A stretch of 64,000 bases of DNA. Origin: Narcine bancroftii (taxonomy: Eukaryota). The notes below the pieces were generated by a model. The model was not told the origin of the DNA and did no database searches. It saw only the letters and a list, made by a program, of their open reading frames with translations. Where the stretch lies: assembly GCF_036971445.1 (NCBI RefSeq), contig NC_091480.1, positions 15,066,001 to 15,130,000 on the forward strand, read 5' to 3'. The translations under genes and the position numbers were made by a program. The stretch's first letter is position 1. Each line of letters opens with the position of its first letter. This document shows positions 1 to 13,071 of this stretch, piece after piece.

Positions 1-765
1 AGCCTTCTTTGTGATTGCATCAATGCGAAGGCTCCAGGACAATCCTCGGAGTTATTGATACCCAGAAATTTGAAGTTGTCTACCCTCTCCACTACTGAGG
101 ACTGGGTTGAGTTCCCCTAACTTCTCCTGAAGTCCACAATAATCTCCTTGGTTTTGCTGACATTGAGCACAAAGTTGTTGTTATTACACCATTCAACGAG
201 CTGATCTATCTTCCTCCTGTACCCTTCCTCATTGCAGTTTGTAATTCTGCCAACAACTGTGGTGTCATCGACAAACTTGTAGATAGCATTGGAATTGCGC
301 CTGGCCACACAATCATGGGTGTATAATGAGTAGCTCATTGGGCTAAGGAAGTATCCTTGGGGTCTGCCTGTGTTGATAATCAGTGAGGAGGAGACACTGT
401 TTCCAATTCGTACTTTGATCTCCCGATGAAAGTCGAGGATCCAGTTGCAGAGGGCTAGAGTTTGTAGCTTCTTAACGAGCACTGAGGGAATAATGGTATT
501 GAAGGCTGAGTTGTGGTCGATGAACAGCAGCCATGTATATGAATTGCTGTTTTCTAGATGATCCAGAGCTGAGTGGAGAGCCACTGATATTGCATTTACT
601 GTGGAGTGATTGTGACGATAGGCAAATTGCAGCGGGTCCAGATCTTTGCTTAGATACATGTTAATTCTGGCCATGACCAGGCTCTTAAAGCATTTCATCA
701 CAGTTGAAGTTGGTGCTACTGAGTGGTAATTGTTGAAGCAGCTTTTCTTGGGTACCAGGATGATT
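1..765 (-). mobile_element. Rex1/Babar-type non-LTR retrotransposon RT fragment (degenerate)
   Basis: ORF 117..890 contains IILVPKK...TSTVMKCF...LDPLQFAYR...SAFNTIIP...CNWILDF...GRPQG...KFVDDTTVVG...LNVSKTKEIIVDFRR, the Rex1/Babar RT signature; runs off the window edge. Confidence 0.85.
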
Positions 766-923
766 GAAGCAGGTGGGAACATCTTGTCAAGAAGGAAAAC
801 ATGTAGCCAAATACTGTTATACTCTTCAGAATTTATTTTTCTATATATTGGAGTATGGCTTCTTTGTAATCCCAGATGCAGCCTTTGCACACTTATCCAT
901 ATTCTGTATGTTCAACTTCACAG

Positions 924-1024
924 ACCCTTCCTAGATATGGTGTATAGTGCACTGGAGTGCTTTGAGGAGGATTATTACGCACTGTTTGTCCTATGTCTTA
1001 TATTTGCAATTTCTCATAACAAAG
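924..1024 (+). CDS. CLEC16A: CLEC16A coding exon (~human exon 13)
   Basis: cag|A...AAAG|gttagt; encodes (R)PFLDMVYSALECFEEDYYALFVLCLIFAISHNK(G), matching human RPFLDMVYHALDSPDDDYHALFVLCLLYAMSHNKG as recalled. Confidence 0.95.
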
Positions 1025-1538
1025 GTTAGTTTTTGTCACTATTTGGTCTTGAAATATTGCTGTTAAGAAAACTTGTTTGTTTGATGTTGGAGAATTTAGA
1101 GCCCAGTTTCTTTTACTTTTAGTTTATTCCAACCATGTTCACAATGGGTATTGTCTAATTTAAATAGTTCCTTTCTCCATGACTACTTCTAAAAGTATAT
1201 ATTTAAAAAAAATAGATTTATCGGGGATGGCTTCTAACATGGGTGGGAATTGTTATGGGATCACTTTTCACAGCAGAAAATGAACAACATTCTGACTTCC
1301 AAAACTAGTCTTCAATTTGTATATATGAATGCGGGGGGTCATGTCAAAAGAAGTTAAGTGATTATCACTTTAATGCTTGAAGTTAAACTCTGCAACAAAG
1401 TAGACATTTCAGAGGAATTCTGAGGGCCTCAACGTGATGAAATGAAACTTCCAACCTAAAATATGGCACCCTCCGTATGGGTGAAGATAAGTAAGTTGTG
1501 TGATAATTCAAAGCATTTAGTGATTTAATACTATATAG

Positions 1539-1661
1539 GTATAGACCCAGACCTGTTGGAAAAAATCCAAATTCCTCCTGAGAATGTTAAGGAGAGGAGC
1601 ACGTATAGCCATGTCCTGGCCGAAAGACTCCTAAAGATAATGAACCAATCGACACGTTCTG
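1539..1661 (+). CDS. CLEC16A: CLEC16A coding exon (~exon 14)
   Basis: tag|GT...TCTG|gtgagt; (G)IDPDLLEKIQIPPENVKERSTYSHVLAERLLKIMNQSTRS; phase 1-1, in frame with its neighbours; missed by the ORF track. Confidence 0.93.
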
Positions 1662-2042
1662 GTGAGTAAACTTCCTCATGTAATTATTTTGTCTAGGTTT
1701 CTAGCTTTAATAAAATGGCAAGTTAAAAATACAGGAGTAAATTATTGCTGCCTGAGTGGTTTAATCCTCAGCAATTTGAAGGAAATTAAAATTTAGTCAA
1801 TACGGTTTGGAGGAAAAAAAATGATGTATGGAAATTTTAGCATTATGCTTAAATAAAGTTTTGCCCTATTGGTGTTGAGAATAGTGGGGATAAAAATGTT
1901 GTAATATTTATGTTCATTCGTTGTGTCAGCAATGACTCTCTTGTAGCAATATCACTGGCAGGTTGGAAAATTTTAGTTGTGCTTTGGTACACTGCAATAA
2001 AACAAAAATATATAAATGAATCTATACTTTTGGAAGAGTATA

Positions 2043-2247
2043 CAGTAAACCCCCCCCCATTATCCAGAATTCAAGCAACCAGCAAAAAAATTGCTGAAAA
2101 TTATTAGGTAAAAAAATACAGAAGTTTAAAATTGGCGTGCCTTGCTATTAGTTCACCAATCACGAAACACAAAGTTTCAAACAACTGGAAAATTCACATC
2201 CGGCATCTACTCATTTTCATGGGTGCCAGATACCAGGGGTTTTACCA
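2043..2247. mobile_element. Tc1/mariner (Tigger/pogo-type) MITE
   Basis: TA|CAGTAAACCCC...GGGGTTTTACCA|TA termini; an inverted second copy lies at 11340-11551. Confidence 0.7.
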
Positions 2248-3090
2248 TATTTTCTTTTAAAAAAGAACATGATTGTGTGAGCAAAATTCCCTCATATCAA
2301 AATGTTTGAAATTGTAGTAAAGCTTTTCCCGACGGAGAACCTACTGAAACCAGAGTCATGCCTTTAGGAATAAATGCAGAACATGTTGGAAGCAACCAGG
2401 GAAGCGCATGCCAACCAATATGTTTATATGTTTTGAGGTTCATTTGGAGCAGCAATAATACATTACATCTTTACAATGCATTCAATTTATTTTTTTATTT
2501 GCATTTTGTGGTCATCAGCATAAAGGATATTAGTGCTGGAAAACGAAGTACTTTTCTGATTCCCAATTTTGGCATCTCAAGGATTCTGGGTCATCTGTAA
2601 CATGATTAAAGAATTCATACAAATGTTTCTTTGCTTTGTCTGCAATCTTCAACAAATGCTCTGTTTTTGTTCTTTTTACTCTGTTATGCTTCTGCCCATT
2701 CAGTGCCAAAAAGATTATTGAAGGACACCACCTTTGATCTTTTCAAGATGTGCGAAAGCACTTATAAAGCAAATTTATTATTCCAGTATATGTATGCAGC
2801 AAGGGTCTACCAGCAATAATGACTAGACAGACTAATGATTTTATCACATTATCTTGAGATAAATTGTCAGATGATGCTCTCATCACAGTCTCATCTTTTC
2901 TGCAATTGTGTGGTATTTGCATAGCTGGATGCTCTAAATAAAATTTCCTGACGGGTACAAGTAATGCTTTTTCAAATGACAGTTTCCTATTTCTAAGAGC
3001 CTGGCTGGGATTTCAAAACCATGACGTGTTGCAACATAACCTTTCTAAAATTAAATTAGTACTTTTTGGTAAACTTGGTTCCTTGACCTG

Positions 3091-3093
<3 letters not shown>

Positions 3094-3129
<36 letters not shown>
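3094..3129. repeat. (AT)n microsatellite
   Basis: Pure AT dinucleotide run. Confidence 0.95.
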
Positions 3130-3131
<2 letters not shown>

Positions 3132-3448
3132 CCTGTGCATAACAAATGCAAAATGTGAACACCACGAGCTGCTGGTTCCTGTAATTGAGAAGCTTGTGTC
3201 ATGAAATTGAAGAGAAATGCAGCTGCCAATGTTTGCACATGAATCATTGCCAAGAGCAATTTTAGAATTAGTGACTGAGGTCTAAAAATTGGCCAAGACA
3301 CTGCAGGTAACTCTTCTGATTGACTTTAAAACAGTTCATTTGTGTCCTACTTGTACAGTGCATGAGACTTTATTTTACATTTTCAATTTAAGCATGGCTC
3401 CTCTCCTTCCTCTGTATTGCACTGGAAGGTCAGCATGTGTTTGAAACA

Positions 3449-3666
3449 CGGGGCGGCACAGTTAGCATAGCAGTTAGTGCAGTGCTGTTACAGTGCCAGT
3501 GATTGGGACCGGGGTTCGAGTTTGTCTGTTTTCCCAGTGTCTGCGTGGGTTTTTCCCAGGGGCTCCAGTTTCCTTCCACTGTTGAAAAGCGTATCGGGGC
3601 TTGGAAGTCAATTGGGTCGCATGGAGTCGTGGCAGAAAGGGCATGTTAATGTGCTGTATGTCTAAA
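3449..3666 (+). mobile_element. tRNA-derived V-SINE
   Basis: tRNA-like head (GGCACAGTTAGCATAGCAGTTAG...GGGTTCGAG) followed by the V-domain GCGTGGGTTTTTCCCAGGGGCTCCAGTTTCCTTCCAC; related copies elsewhere in the window. Confidence 0.8.
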
Positions 3667-3878
3667 TTAAAAAATTAAAAGCAAGAGTCGTTCCAGGATT
3701 CTTCTGTCTTGGACGTGAAAGTGCTCTCATAATATGAGTACTGGCATTGAATTGCTGGCTGAACCTTTGCGGATCAAAGATGTGCATAAGCATCAGCTGC
3801 ATTCAGTTGAATTTGATAGCTTGATGAATATGAAAACCCAGTTATTCCTAATGCTGTCAATATTATTACTTTTCACAG

Positions 3879-3988
3879 ATGCAAAAATCCGCTTGGCTAC
3901 ATTGGAGCTTGCTTGCCTCTTACTAAAGCAACTTGTGCTGTCAGATGGTGTCTGTATTATTAAAGATGTGCATCTTGCCTGTCATGAG
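3879..3988 (+). CDS. CLEC16A: CLEC16A coding exon (~exon 15)
   Basis: cag|AT...GAG|gtaaaa; (D)AKIRLATLELACLLLKQLVLSDGVCIIKDVHLACHE. Confidence 0.95.
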
Positions 3989-4309
3989 GTAAAAATTTTG
4001 ATTATAAAAAAAAATATGTGGAATATGTGAAAGGACAATTGTTACATCCTGATATCTTTTACCTTTGTATATGGAGTTCTTAAAAATGAATATCATTGCA
4101 TCATAGGTAGAGATTGATTTAGAAAAACAAATAGCCAAGTTTGTCATCTGATTGTACAAGTACAACCCGACGAAACAGCATTCTCTGGTCCTCGGAGCAA
4201 AACTCGCTGACACGCAATCTTACATAACACACATACAGCAAACAATACATATGCAGGACAAGTATTTCATCTATATAAATAAATATTGTTTTGTACATAT
4301 GAGAGACTC

Positions 4310-4500
4310 ATACACAATACACCAGGCTGGTGTTTATTAACTTCAGCTCAGCGTTTAATACGATAATTCTCCAGAGGCTGGTGGAGAAGCTGTCCTTGCT
4401 GGGACTCGACACCCCTCCCTGTAACTGGCTCCTGGACTTCCTAATGGAAAGACCACAGTCTCTCTGGGTCGGTAGCAGAATGTTGAGGACTGTCATGTTG
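4310..4500 (+). mobile_element. Rex1/Babar RT fragment
   Basis: ORF 4330..4518 [43 protein letters not shown]. Confidence 0.75.
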
Positions 4501-6434
4501 AGAAATAGACTGGATTAACAACTATTATAGAAATTCTCACCATCAGTTACCTAATTTAGAAATAAAGAGACACCATTTAATTTTAACCAAATAGTGTATT
4601 GAAAATTTGGTAGGAAATGGTAATGATGAAAGTCCAAATTAAAAAATTGTTGTAATTTAAGAAGGGATAATTATGCTGATTAAAAATCAATCAGTCCAGT
4701 CCCTTTTACTATATTTCCCTGTTGCCATACAAACTTTTCTCCTCTTGCATGCCTATCAACTCCCCCGCTGTTTGTTTTAGCACATTATGGGGTAATATAC
4801 TGCAGCTAATTAATCTTTCAGAGCATCCTTGGGACGTGGGAGGAAACCAAAGCACCAAGGAAAAGCTTGCATGCAATCCTCACACAGGAGAGAACTGAAA
4901 GTAGCCTCACAGCCACCTGTTCATTCCAATACTGAACTCAAGACGCCCATGATCCTTTCTGACCCTTTCTCCATGCTCCTGATGAGAATAAAGTAGTGTT
5001 CAGCATCTGAGGCCTTTCAAGAGCACTGTTCACCATTGGAAAACTCACAAATCCTGGTCCCAGTTCCTGGTTTGTATAAGCTGATCTCTGTCAGCCTGGA
5101 ACTTGGAATCTGGAATGAGTCCTTTGGCTGCCAGGCCACTTACTAATCCACTGTTGTGGTCTCTTGCCCTGCAGGATCCTCTCCCAGGCTTTTCCTTCTC
5201 AGAGGGGATGGGAATTGTTCTCCCATTCTCTTGCCCTGGACTGATCCACTGCTCCCTTGTGCCTGAAAGCCTTGTGGTCTGGGCTGCCATTTTGGGCACC
5301 AACCAATGTGAGTCTTCAATGTAGGAAAAATGTCCCATCCTGTAGGCAATTCAAACTGACACAGGGCCATTGAGTGGGACACAAGAACAGTCGCACTATG
5401 TTGACAGACATCTGGCTCTTCCACAACTCTGGGTTCAGTAGCAGCGGCAGTATCAGTTGGGAGAAAAATTTGTTTATTATTTATTTTTCCCCTCCACATA
5501 AAATTTTCAAGAGCGATTTTCCCCTTTTTTGATTGTCATTTGTATATTCTAGTAGGGTGAATTTCCTTTACCCAAACTGTAGGGGTCACCTGTATGTAAA
5601 TTAAAAAGCTGCAGTTAATTAAGATCTCAGTATTCAGAATTATGTGAACATAAATATGCGTATCTTGAAATTTTTAAAAATTGATCAATGACTCATCCTA
5701 AACTTGAATGTTTGCATATTCTTCCTTCAGTGGAATAAAATTAATTTTGAACTTTCCATTCACATAAAATATTTTTAATCAACTTGTACAGCAACTTCAA
5801 TTTAGATAGTGTACTCTGTGAGGGAATAAATATTTAATGAAAGATCATTTAGAAGGTTCATCAAAAATGCATATTTTGACAAGTTTTCTGATAGTGGTAG
5901 AATTGAGTGAGAGGGGGCTTAAGAAGCTGAGGACAAAGCTAAAGCCTTTGTCCCACTCAGACGAAATTAGAAAGCTTGAACTACAGGCCTAGAAAGGGGG
6001 TCTTTCCTGTCAATCCTCCATGATTTTATAGATCTCTAACTGATTACCTCTCACTGTGCTATGACCTGTTAACATACTACTGTAGTCACTAAGTTTCTCG
6101 ATTGTTTCATTTCAAATTCTTGTGACTATTACATACTGATTAGTAGTAGTACTGTAGGCCTAGGGCCGAAACCTGTGGAACATTATGCCATGCTTTTGCA
6201 TTTTATTCTTTTCTATTAAATTGGTATTCTGTTAGTTAACGGAGTATAAATTACTAAGGAATATTTTAATATGTTGACTATATGATTTGGTTTGCGGTGT
6301 AGATGTGTACGTGCTTGTATTAATGTTCCATGTGCTCGATGCCAAAATTTTCCTCTCGAGGGGAAATTGAAATTTCAATTAAAGTGTAACACTGTCACTC
6401 AACTGACAAAACCTGATTGCCATTGTTTGGTAAT

Positions 6435-8005
6435 AAGTCAATTGAGGCATTGGAAGACAGGAGGGTGGCTGATGTTGTGCATCTTTAAGAAGAGCAGCAG
6501 GGATAATCCAGGGAGCTGCAGGCAGGTGTACTTTGCATGAGAGATTGGAATTTTTTTTGGAAGGGAATTTGAGGGACATGGGTTTTTTTGCATTTGGAAA
6601 GGCAAAGACTGATTAGGAAGAGTCAGCACAGCTTTGTGCATGGGAATTTGTGTCTCATCAATCTGGATTGATGAAGAGAGGGCAGTAGACATTGTCTGCA
6701 TGGACTTTACTAAAGCCCTTAATAAGATTCTACATTGAAAGTTGTCCAGAAAGGTTATAGCAGAAAGGTTAGCCAATTGGATGCAAAAATTGGCTTCAGA
6801 TTAGGAGGCAGATTGATAGTGGAGAATTGCTTTTCTGATTGGATCGATGTCTGTGACTCACGGTGTACCTGAGTGATCAATTCTGGGTCATCTGTTTTAG
6901 GTGAGATGTAAGTAGATCCTTAATAAGTTGGATCATGACTCCAAAATTGCTTTTATTGAACAGTGAGGTAAGTTCTCTAAGATTACAACAGGATATTGAT
7001 CAACTGGGAAAGTGAGCAAGGGAATAACAGATGAAATTTGTTGAGATCTGTGGTTTTCCAACTGGTCCCCAAACTCGCCTTCCCTCTGGGAAGGTTAAGA
7101 ACCACTGCTCTAGACCCAAATGTTTCTGAAATAATTTGCTTGAGAAAAATTGTCTTTGGGCCATTTCCTTTGGAGTTATGAAACCATGCTCATAATGAGT
7201 CAATTTGGCACGATTTAAAACCGTGCTTTTCAAACTTTTTTCCACTCACCTTACACCTTAAGCAATCCCTTACTAATTACAGAACACATGGCATAGAGAT
7301 AACTAAAGGTGGATTATGAGTTTGAAAACCACTGGTTTAGATGAATGGAGAGTGACACATTTTGGGAAAATAAACAAGTGCAATTAATGGTGAGATCCTA
7401 TGGGCTGTTATTGAACAGAGAATATTTGGGGTACAGAATGTAGTTCCCACATTGTAGTGAAAAAGGTGTACGGCATGCTTGCTTTCATCCATTGAGTAGA
7501 AGACTTGGGATATCATGTACCAATTGTACAAAACATTGGTAAAGCTACAGTGAGTATTGTGTGTTGATATGGTCAAGAAAGATGTGATTAAGCTTGAGAG
7601 GATGTTATAAAGATTAGGAAAATATTGGTGGGCTTGTATTACCATAGGAGATTCGATAAACTGGGTCTGTTTTGAGAGCCAGAAACGGAATAGATAGCCA
7701 GAGTCTGTTTCCCAGGTATAGTTGAGTAAACCTAGAGGCTGATGGTTTAAGGTGAGAGGGAGAAGTTCTGAAAGCAATCTGAGGAGTGAATTTTTCACAA
7801 TGATATTTGGTATCTAGAATGTGCTACCAGAGGTGGTGGTGGAGGTAAGAACTGTAATGATGTTTAAGATGCACCAAGACACATACTTGAATAAGATAGG
7901 GCCTGGAGGGAAATGGAATTAATACAGGCATAAGGAATTAATATAGATAGGCACGATGATTGGTGTAGATGTGAAGCCAATGCTGTACAATTCCATGATT
8001 CTGAC
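6435..8005 (+). mobile_element. Degenerate CR1 LINE (RT to 3' tail), interrupted by hAT MITEs at ~7047-7335
   Basis: CR1-like RT remnants (DWRxANV, KKGSRDNPG, SQHSFV, AVDIVCMDFTKA) and a CR1-type 3' end GCTGTACAATTCCATGATTCT. Confidence 0.75.
7221..7335. mobile_element. hAT (Charlie-like) MITE
   Basis: Ends CCGTGCTTTTCAAACT ... AGTTTGAAAACCACTG (TIR CAGTGGTTTTCAAACT); partial copy at ~57966-58020. Confidence 0.65.
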
Positions 8006-8424
8006 ACTGAGAAATTAGCTTTGTAACAGAATTTTTGAGATATCCCAAGAAAATTGTAAACAGGGTAGTTTAGTTCATCAAGATTGAATATGTGCATAAT
8101 GTATAAAGAATTAGAAGAAAAATTCTGGCCTTAACTAGGCTAAGGTAGAACACAAGCATGTTTTCAGTTGCACAAAGGAAAGATAAAGTAGGGAGTGTCT
8201 GTGATGAGACAGGGAAAAAAGCCAGGAAGATTCAGATGGTGTTGGTTTCTAATGGAGAGGATAATTAAATGAACAGAACATAAGAACTAGGAGCAGGATT
8301 GATTTTTTGTGTGGACAAAAGCTGAGAGGTTCTAAAATATCTTGTTCATTTTTTTAAAAAGTCTCTTCTGACACTGAAGTTATTGTCCGAGGCCGTGCTG
8401 AAGACCTGCCTATAGTGCCAGAGA

Positions 8425-8638
8425 AACACAGGAAGTTCCAATGCTGGAATCTTGGGCAAACAATGAGAAACTGGAGGGACTCTGCAGGTCAGGTAGCATC
8501 CGTGGAGAGAAACGGTTCATCAGTGTTTTGGGTCAGGGCATTTATCGGTATTATTAAAGATGCCTGACCTGAAATATTGACTGACCATTTCTCTCCATGA
8601 ATGGTATCTGCCCGCTGAGTCCTTCCAGCTTCTCTACA
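8425..8638. mobile_element. Penelope-derived fold-back fragment
   Basis: Inverted arms CTGGAGGGACTCTGCAGGTCAGGTAGCATCCGTGGAGAGAAA / TTTCTCTCCATGAATGGTATCTGCCCGCTGAGTCCTTCCAG, similar to the termini of the GIY-YIG elements at 40720 and 53195. Confidence 0.6.
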
Positions 8639-8804
8639 CTGATATTAAGCAACAATTATCAACAGCAGTAGAAAAAAATTTGGATTTTTTTTTCTTAATA
8701 CTTGCAGGAGAGACTTATAAACTATTTCTGGTCTTATTTTCTTCATACATTATCAATGCATACTGTGTTTTGTTCCTTCAGTTTCTCTAATATTTGTTCT
8801 CCAG

Positions 8805-8849
8805 GGTGCAAGGGAAGAAAGTGTCCACTTATTACGGCGTTTCTATAAG
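8805..8849 (+). CDS. CLEC16A: CLEC16A coding exon (~exon 16, 45 nt)
   Basis: ccag|GGT...AAG|gtaagg; GAREESVHLLRRFYK. Confidence 0.95.
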
Positions 8850-10062
8850 GTAAGGCTGGAGATGAAGAGTACCATGATTAGTTTTATGAAATTTTCCTGT
8901 TTTGGCTGGTTTTATTTAGTACATTATTTAGTCCTGAAGAATGTTTCAAAAAAAAGTTCTATTTTCAATCAGATTTGAGGGAAAATGTATTTTGATAACA
9001 TTTCCCTACAGAAGGCAGGGAAATGTATTTTTTCAGAATGGTGTTTATTTTTAAAATCAGAGACTAAATTTCTCATTTTAAAAAAGAAATAATGAGTAAA
9101 TAATGGTGAAAAAGAGAATTGGTAAAGTGAGCTAAAACAAATCAATCGAAATTGGTGATTGAACTGGGAATCTGCGTTGATTATGGTGCCCTTCTCATCG
9201 AAGATGAGTATCATGAAAGAGAGAAATGAAATTCTAGTTTGGGAGAAGAGCAGAACTCCCTGTGAGGGGGCATTGGTGAAATTATCTGATCTAAATAATA
9301 TGGAAGGTGAAAGTTGGCAAAGGGCCAGCAGGGTATAGCTCACGATCAGAAGAAACCTGCCTTTATTCTGCCACAATCCAGAGCCTTTCCAGTTCCTCTT
9401 ACCCTGACCAATTTGATTCTTTTACCTAACATCCATATTCATGCTGCACTCCTCTATTTTCTGATGAGTTAACTGGTGCAGGAAAATTTTCAGTTTCCAC
9501 ATTTGTCCATCTGAGTTCTAATGAAGGGTCTTCAATCTAAAGCATTGATTCTTTCAATCACCAGGCATACTGCCTTCCCATCATTTTCTGATTTTATTTT
9601 AGTCTTTAATGACTTCACATTTGTTCATTCCTTAACTGTATGCTAATAATGCTGCGACCCCTTGCCTGATTTTCTGTGAGTTTCAAGCATTTTCCATTAC
9701 ACTAGTGTTCTAATATGCCGGATGCCAGAGTCTTGTTGCTTTGCTATGTAAAGATTACTTGTTTTTGTTTTCATTTTCTTATACAAACATTTTAACATGC
9801 ATTCTGTTTGGGAAACTTTGTATTAATTTTTCTGGATTTTATTTGGTCAGAGTCATTTTGTGAGTATTTCTTTCTTGTCTAGCCTGTGGTTTTCAGCCAG
9901 TTCTGAATATATTCTGCAAAAAAAAATGGCATCAGATTTCTCTGTTGAAGCTCAGACATTTGGACATTAAAATAAGACTAGTTCAGGTTTATCATGCACT
10001 CTCTTAATTTTTAGTAATTTTACTTATTCACAGCAGACAAATTTTTATTTGTATTCAAACCC

Positions 10063-10235
10063 AGTGCTGGAGAAACTCAGCAGGTCAAACAATGTACTTT
10101 ATATAGCAAAAATAAAGATACATAACCAACATTTTGGGCTTGAGCCCTTCTTCAAAGCTTTGTTTGATCTGCTGAGTTTCTCCAGCATTGGGTTATTACA
10201 CTACTTCAATCATAGTGTTTGCAGGCTTTTATGCT
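10063..10235. mobile_element. Penelope-derived fold-back fragment
   Basis: TGCTGGAGAAACTCAGCAGGTCAAACA ... TGTTTGATCTGCTGAGTTTCTCCAGCA inverted arms around a GGGCTTGAGCCCTTCTTCAA motif. Confidence 0.7.
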
Positions 10236-11339
10236 GTACTTTTATTTCTATTGACCCAGGCTGCTCCAATAGCACTGCCCAAGTCTATATCATTTGCTAC
10301 CAAGAAGGACAGGGGATGCAAGTACATAGGAATATCCTCATTTACAGGTTCTCCTCTGGATCACACACTGTCTTCACTTTGAAGTACATCATCACTGCTT
10401 CATTATTACTTGGTTTAAATTCTGGAACTTTCTACCAAATGAAGTGCTGGAAAATGGATTTTCACTTGACCTGCTGAATATTTCCAGTATTTTCTGTATT
10501 TATTTCAGATTTTCAGCAGTTTTTTTTTTCGTGAGACCAAAAATGTGTAAGATGATGGAATGACACTGTTTGAACTTGAGACTACTTTGAAAGCCTGCAG
10601 CACTTTTCATCCCATAGGATGATGATGGTTCCTTTCAGTCAGTTTGTGCCGTTTGATATGAGGATACCCCACTCTTCAGAAAGGAATAGTGTGTGCTTAA
10701 ATGGATTTTAGATGAGTAGGGGTTGCACAGGTCCAAACCCACCCTCTCGGCATCCCATCCCAGATCCAGCAGCCTGGTGAGGTCCAAGACGGCTGGAGGA
10801 AGTTCTGTTGTAGAGAATGGCCAGACCAAGCTTCGATGCAAGAGATGTCCTTTCTGCATTTCATGGCAGTCCACTCGATTGGCAGCCTGCAAAGCAGTAT
10901 TTTGTCTTAATTGCATTAAATATTATTTTTCTCTCTGCATATAGGAATGCAGAAATGAGATGTACCTTGTCTGCAATAGCATTCTCCCCTCTGAGGAGCA
11001 GGTTTTTTGGATCACTCAGAGTTTTGAACACTTAATGGAATCTCTTCACTGATGTAGATGGTGACTAAATGAAACACAAATTTCTCATGTAGATATCTGG
11101 AAGAATAGGCAGTTTTCTTCTTGTTCTGATCACATATACCTTTCACCCATTGCAAAATAAATAAGCATGCAGGTGCCTGTCTGATTTTTGCTTATACCTT
11201 GAAACAGGGCTTGGACCCGAAACATTGGTTACAAATTTTTAACTCCTATGGATGCAGCGCATGATCTGTTGAGTTCCTCAAGCATTGTGTTCTTATTACA
11301 ATCACAGAATCTGTAGATTTTTGCGTTTTACGACCTGTA

Positions 11340-11551
11340 GAGTAAAACCCCTGGTATCCGGCACCTATGGAGATTGTTAGATACCTGATAAGTGAATTTT
11401 CCAGTTTCTTGAGATTGTGTGTTGTGTGATTGGCAAACTAAAGCTGAGGCACACCAATTTTAAACTTCTGTAAAATTTTTTACCTATTTATTTTCTGCAC
11501 TTTTGTTGCCTTTTGCTTGAGGCTACCAGTTGCTTGAATTCTGGATAACTG
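11340..11551. mobile_element. Tigger/pogo-type MITE (inverted copy of 2043-2247)
   Basis: AGTAAAACCCCTGGTATCCGGCACC...TTGCTTGAATTCTGGATAA is the reverse complement of the 2043 copy. Confidence 0.7.
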
Positions 11552-12804
11552 TATATAACTTCCACTTTTCCTGCAATATAATCATGAAGGTGCTTGGTAT
11601 TTTATTGGTTGTAAAGGATTTTGGAACGTTCTGAAAATTTGAAAGGTGCAAAGTAATGCAATTTGTTACTTTACTGTAGCAAATCATAGGTTTGCCAAAT
11701 AAGTGTTCAAATTAGGTCTGATTATATTCAAGACATTTAGCAGGACCTGAAGCAAAACTAATGAAGAGTTTCAGATTTATAGTTGTGGATATTTTCAGAA
11801 AAAGGGAAAATCAGGTACAGAATAGACATTTTTGCAAGGTGAACTTGGGAATTCATGACACTTCAGTAGAGAAAAGCTCATTTAGAGTGTCCTTACGCCT
11901 AGACATGACTCAGCCTGCGATATATGTAGCAGTCACCACAGACCTTCCAACATTCCAGTCTGTCCACAATGTGTGGCAAATATTATTTTCACCTGAATTA
12001 AAGCATTTCTTAATCCAAGAGAGCCATGTGGGTACATCTGATCCGCACTGGAAATCAAATTCTCAGAACATTAAATCAGTAAATAGAGTGTGGATGGAAA
12101 GCAGTTTTCTATTTTGCCAGACAATGAAAAAGCTCATGTGCTTTGAAAGGGTTATGAAACACTGAAAAAAAGTGTTGACCCAGTTACCTGAGATGATTCT
12201 GAAAGAAAGCAGCAAATAATCATCTGTTGCCTGTATACATGTAACGTCAGATGCACCTCACAGTGGTACTCATTCTTCAATAAACTATAGGTTGGTATTA
12301 ATATACTCCACACCTTCCTTCAAACTGTGTTGTACTTGGGCAAGAATGCTTGATGGGAAAATGGATTTGGAGTGGGGAGGTGAACATAATGAGTTGAAAA
12401 GATCTGAGCCTATATTTTCTGAGCAACACGCGCCTGGAATTAACATCACTGTTTTTATTTTTGTTCTGATAAATGAAATCCCAGTGTTCCAACTGCTAGG
12501 TCAACAAACTTGTGGGTACATTATTAAATTTTCAGAATGTAGGCTTTAATTTAAAAACCCTCGAACCTCACACTATAAGCCAAGTTCTGCAGTGTGACAA
12601 GGATGTCAAAATCTGTTGCTACATTTTTATATAAATAAATACATGTAGTGAGCAACAGCTCAAACATAAAACTATCACAATCACAGAAGGTTAACCACTC
12701 CAAAACACCCTTTACATAAAACTTTATGACATGCAAATATATTATTACATTGAAAATGCAGGGAGGCATAGTTTCAGGTTTAAAAAAAAAAAATTAAGGT
12801 ATGG

Positions 12805-12965
12805 AGTAAAAACACTTTGGAGAAACTCAGCAAGTCAAAGAGTATACTTTATATAGCAAAGATAAAGATATCTTTGCAATATAAAGTACACTATTTGACC
12901 TGCTGAGTTTGTCCAGCTTTGCTTTTACTTGAAACACAGTGCCTGAAGACTTCTGTGTTTTACAT
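12805..12965. mobile_element. Penelope-derived hairpin element
   Basis: ~45-bp near-perfect inverted arms GGAGAAACTCAGCAAGTCAAAGAGTATACTTTATATAGCAAAGAT / ATCTTTGCAATATAAAGTACACTATTTGACCTGCTGAGTTTGTCC. Confidence 0.75.
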
Positions 12966-13071
12966 GTAACGTATGGATTTGGTAGCGGAAGGCAAGGATA
13001 TTAAAGAATCAAAGAATAGCAACCACTAAAAGTGCAAATATTGTTTGATGGCATGAGAGAGAATCAGTAAA

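Noticed and set aside
3449-3520. tRNA gene
   Set aside because: Only the tRNA-derived head of a V-SINE; no complete cloverleaf.
3734-4030. ORF-track extensions around CLEC16A exons (also 730..1029, 18583..18888, 45518..45793)
   Set aside because: Similarity to CLEC16A starts and stops exactly at the AG/GT sites; the flanks are intronic.
10640-10870. GC-richer patches (also 28850-29280, 31390-31700, 44510-44730) as ncRNA or exons
   Set aside because: They look like fragments of RTE-related or unclassified repeats, and no CLEC16A coding sequence is missing between the identified exons.
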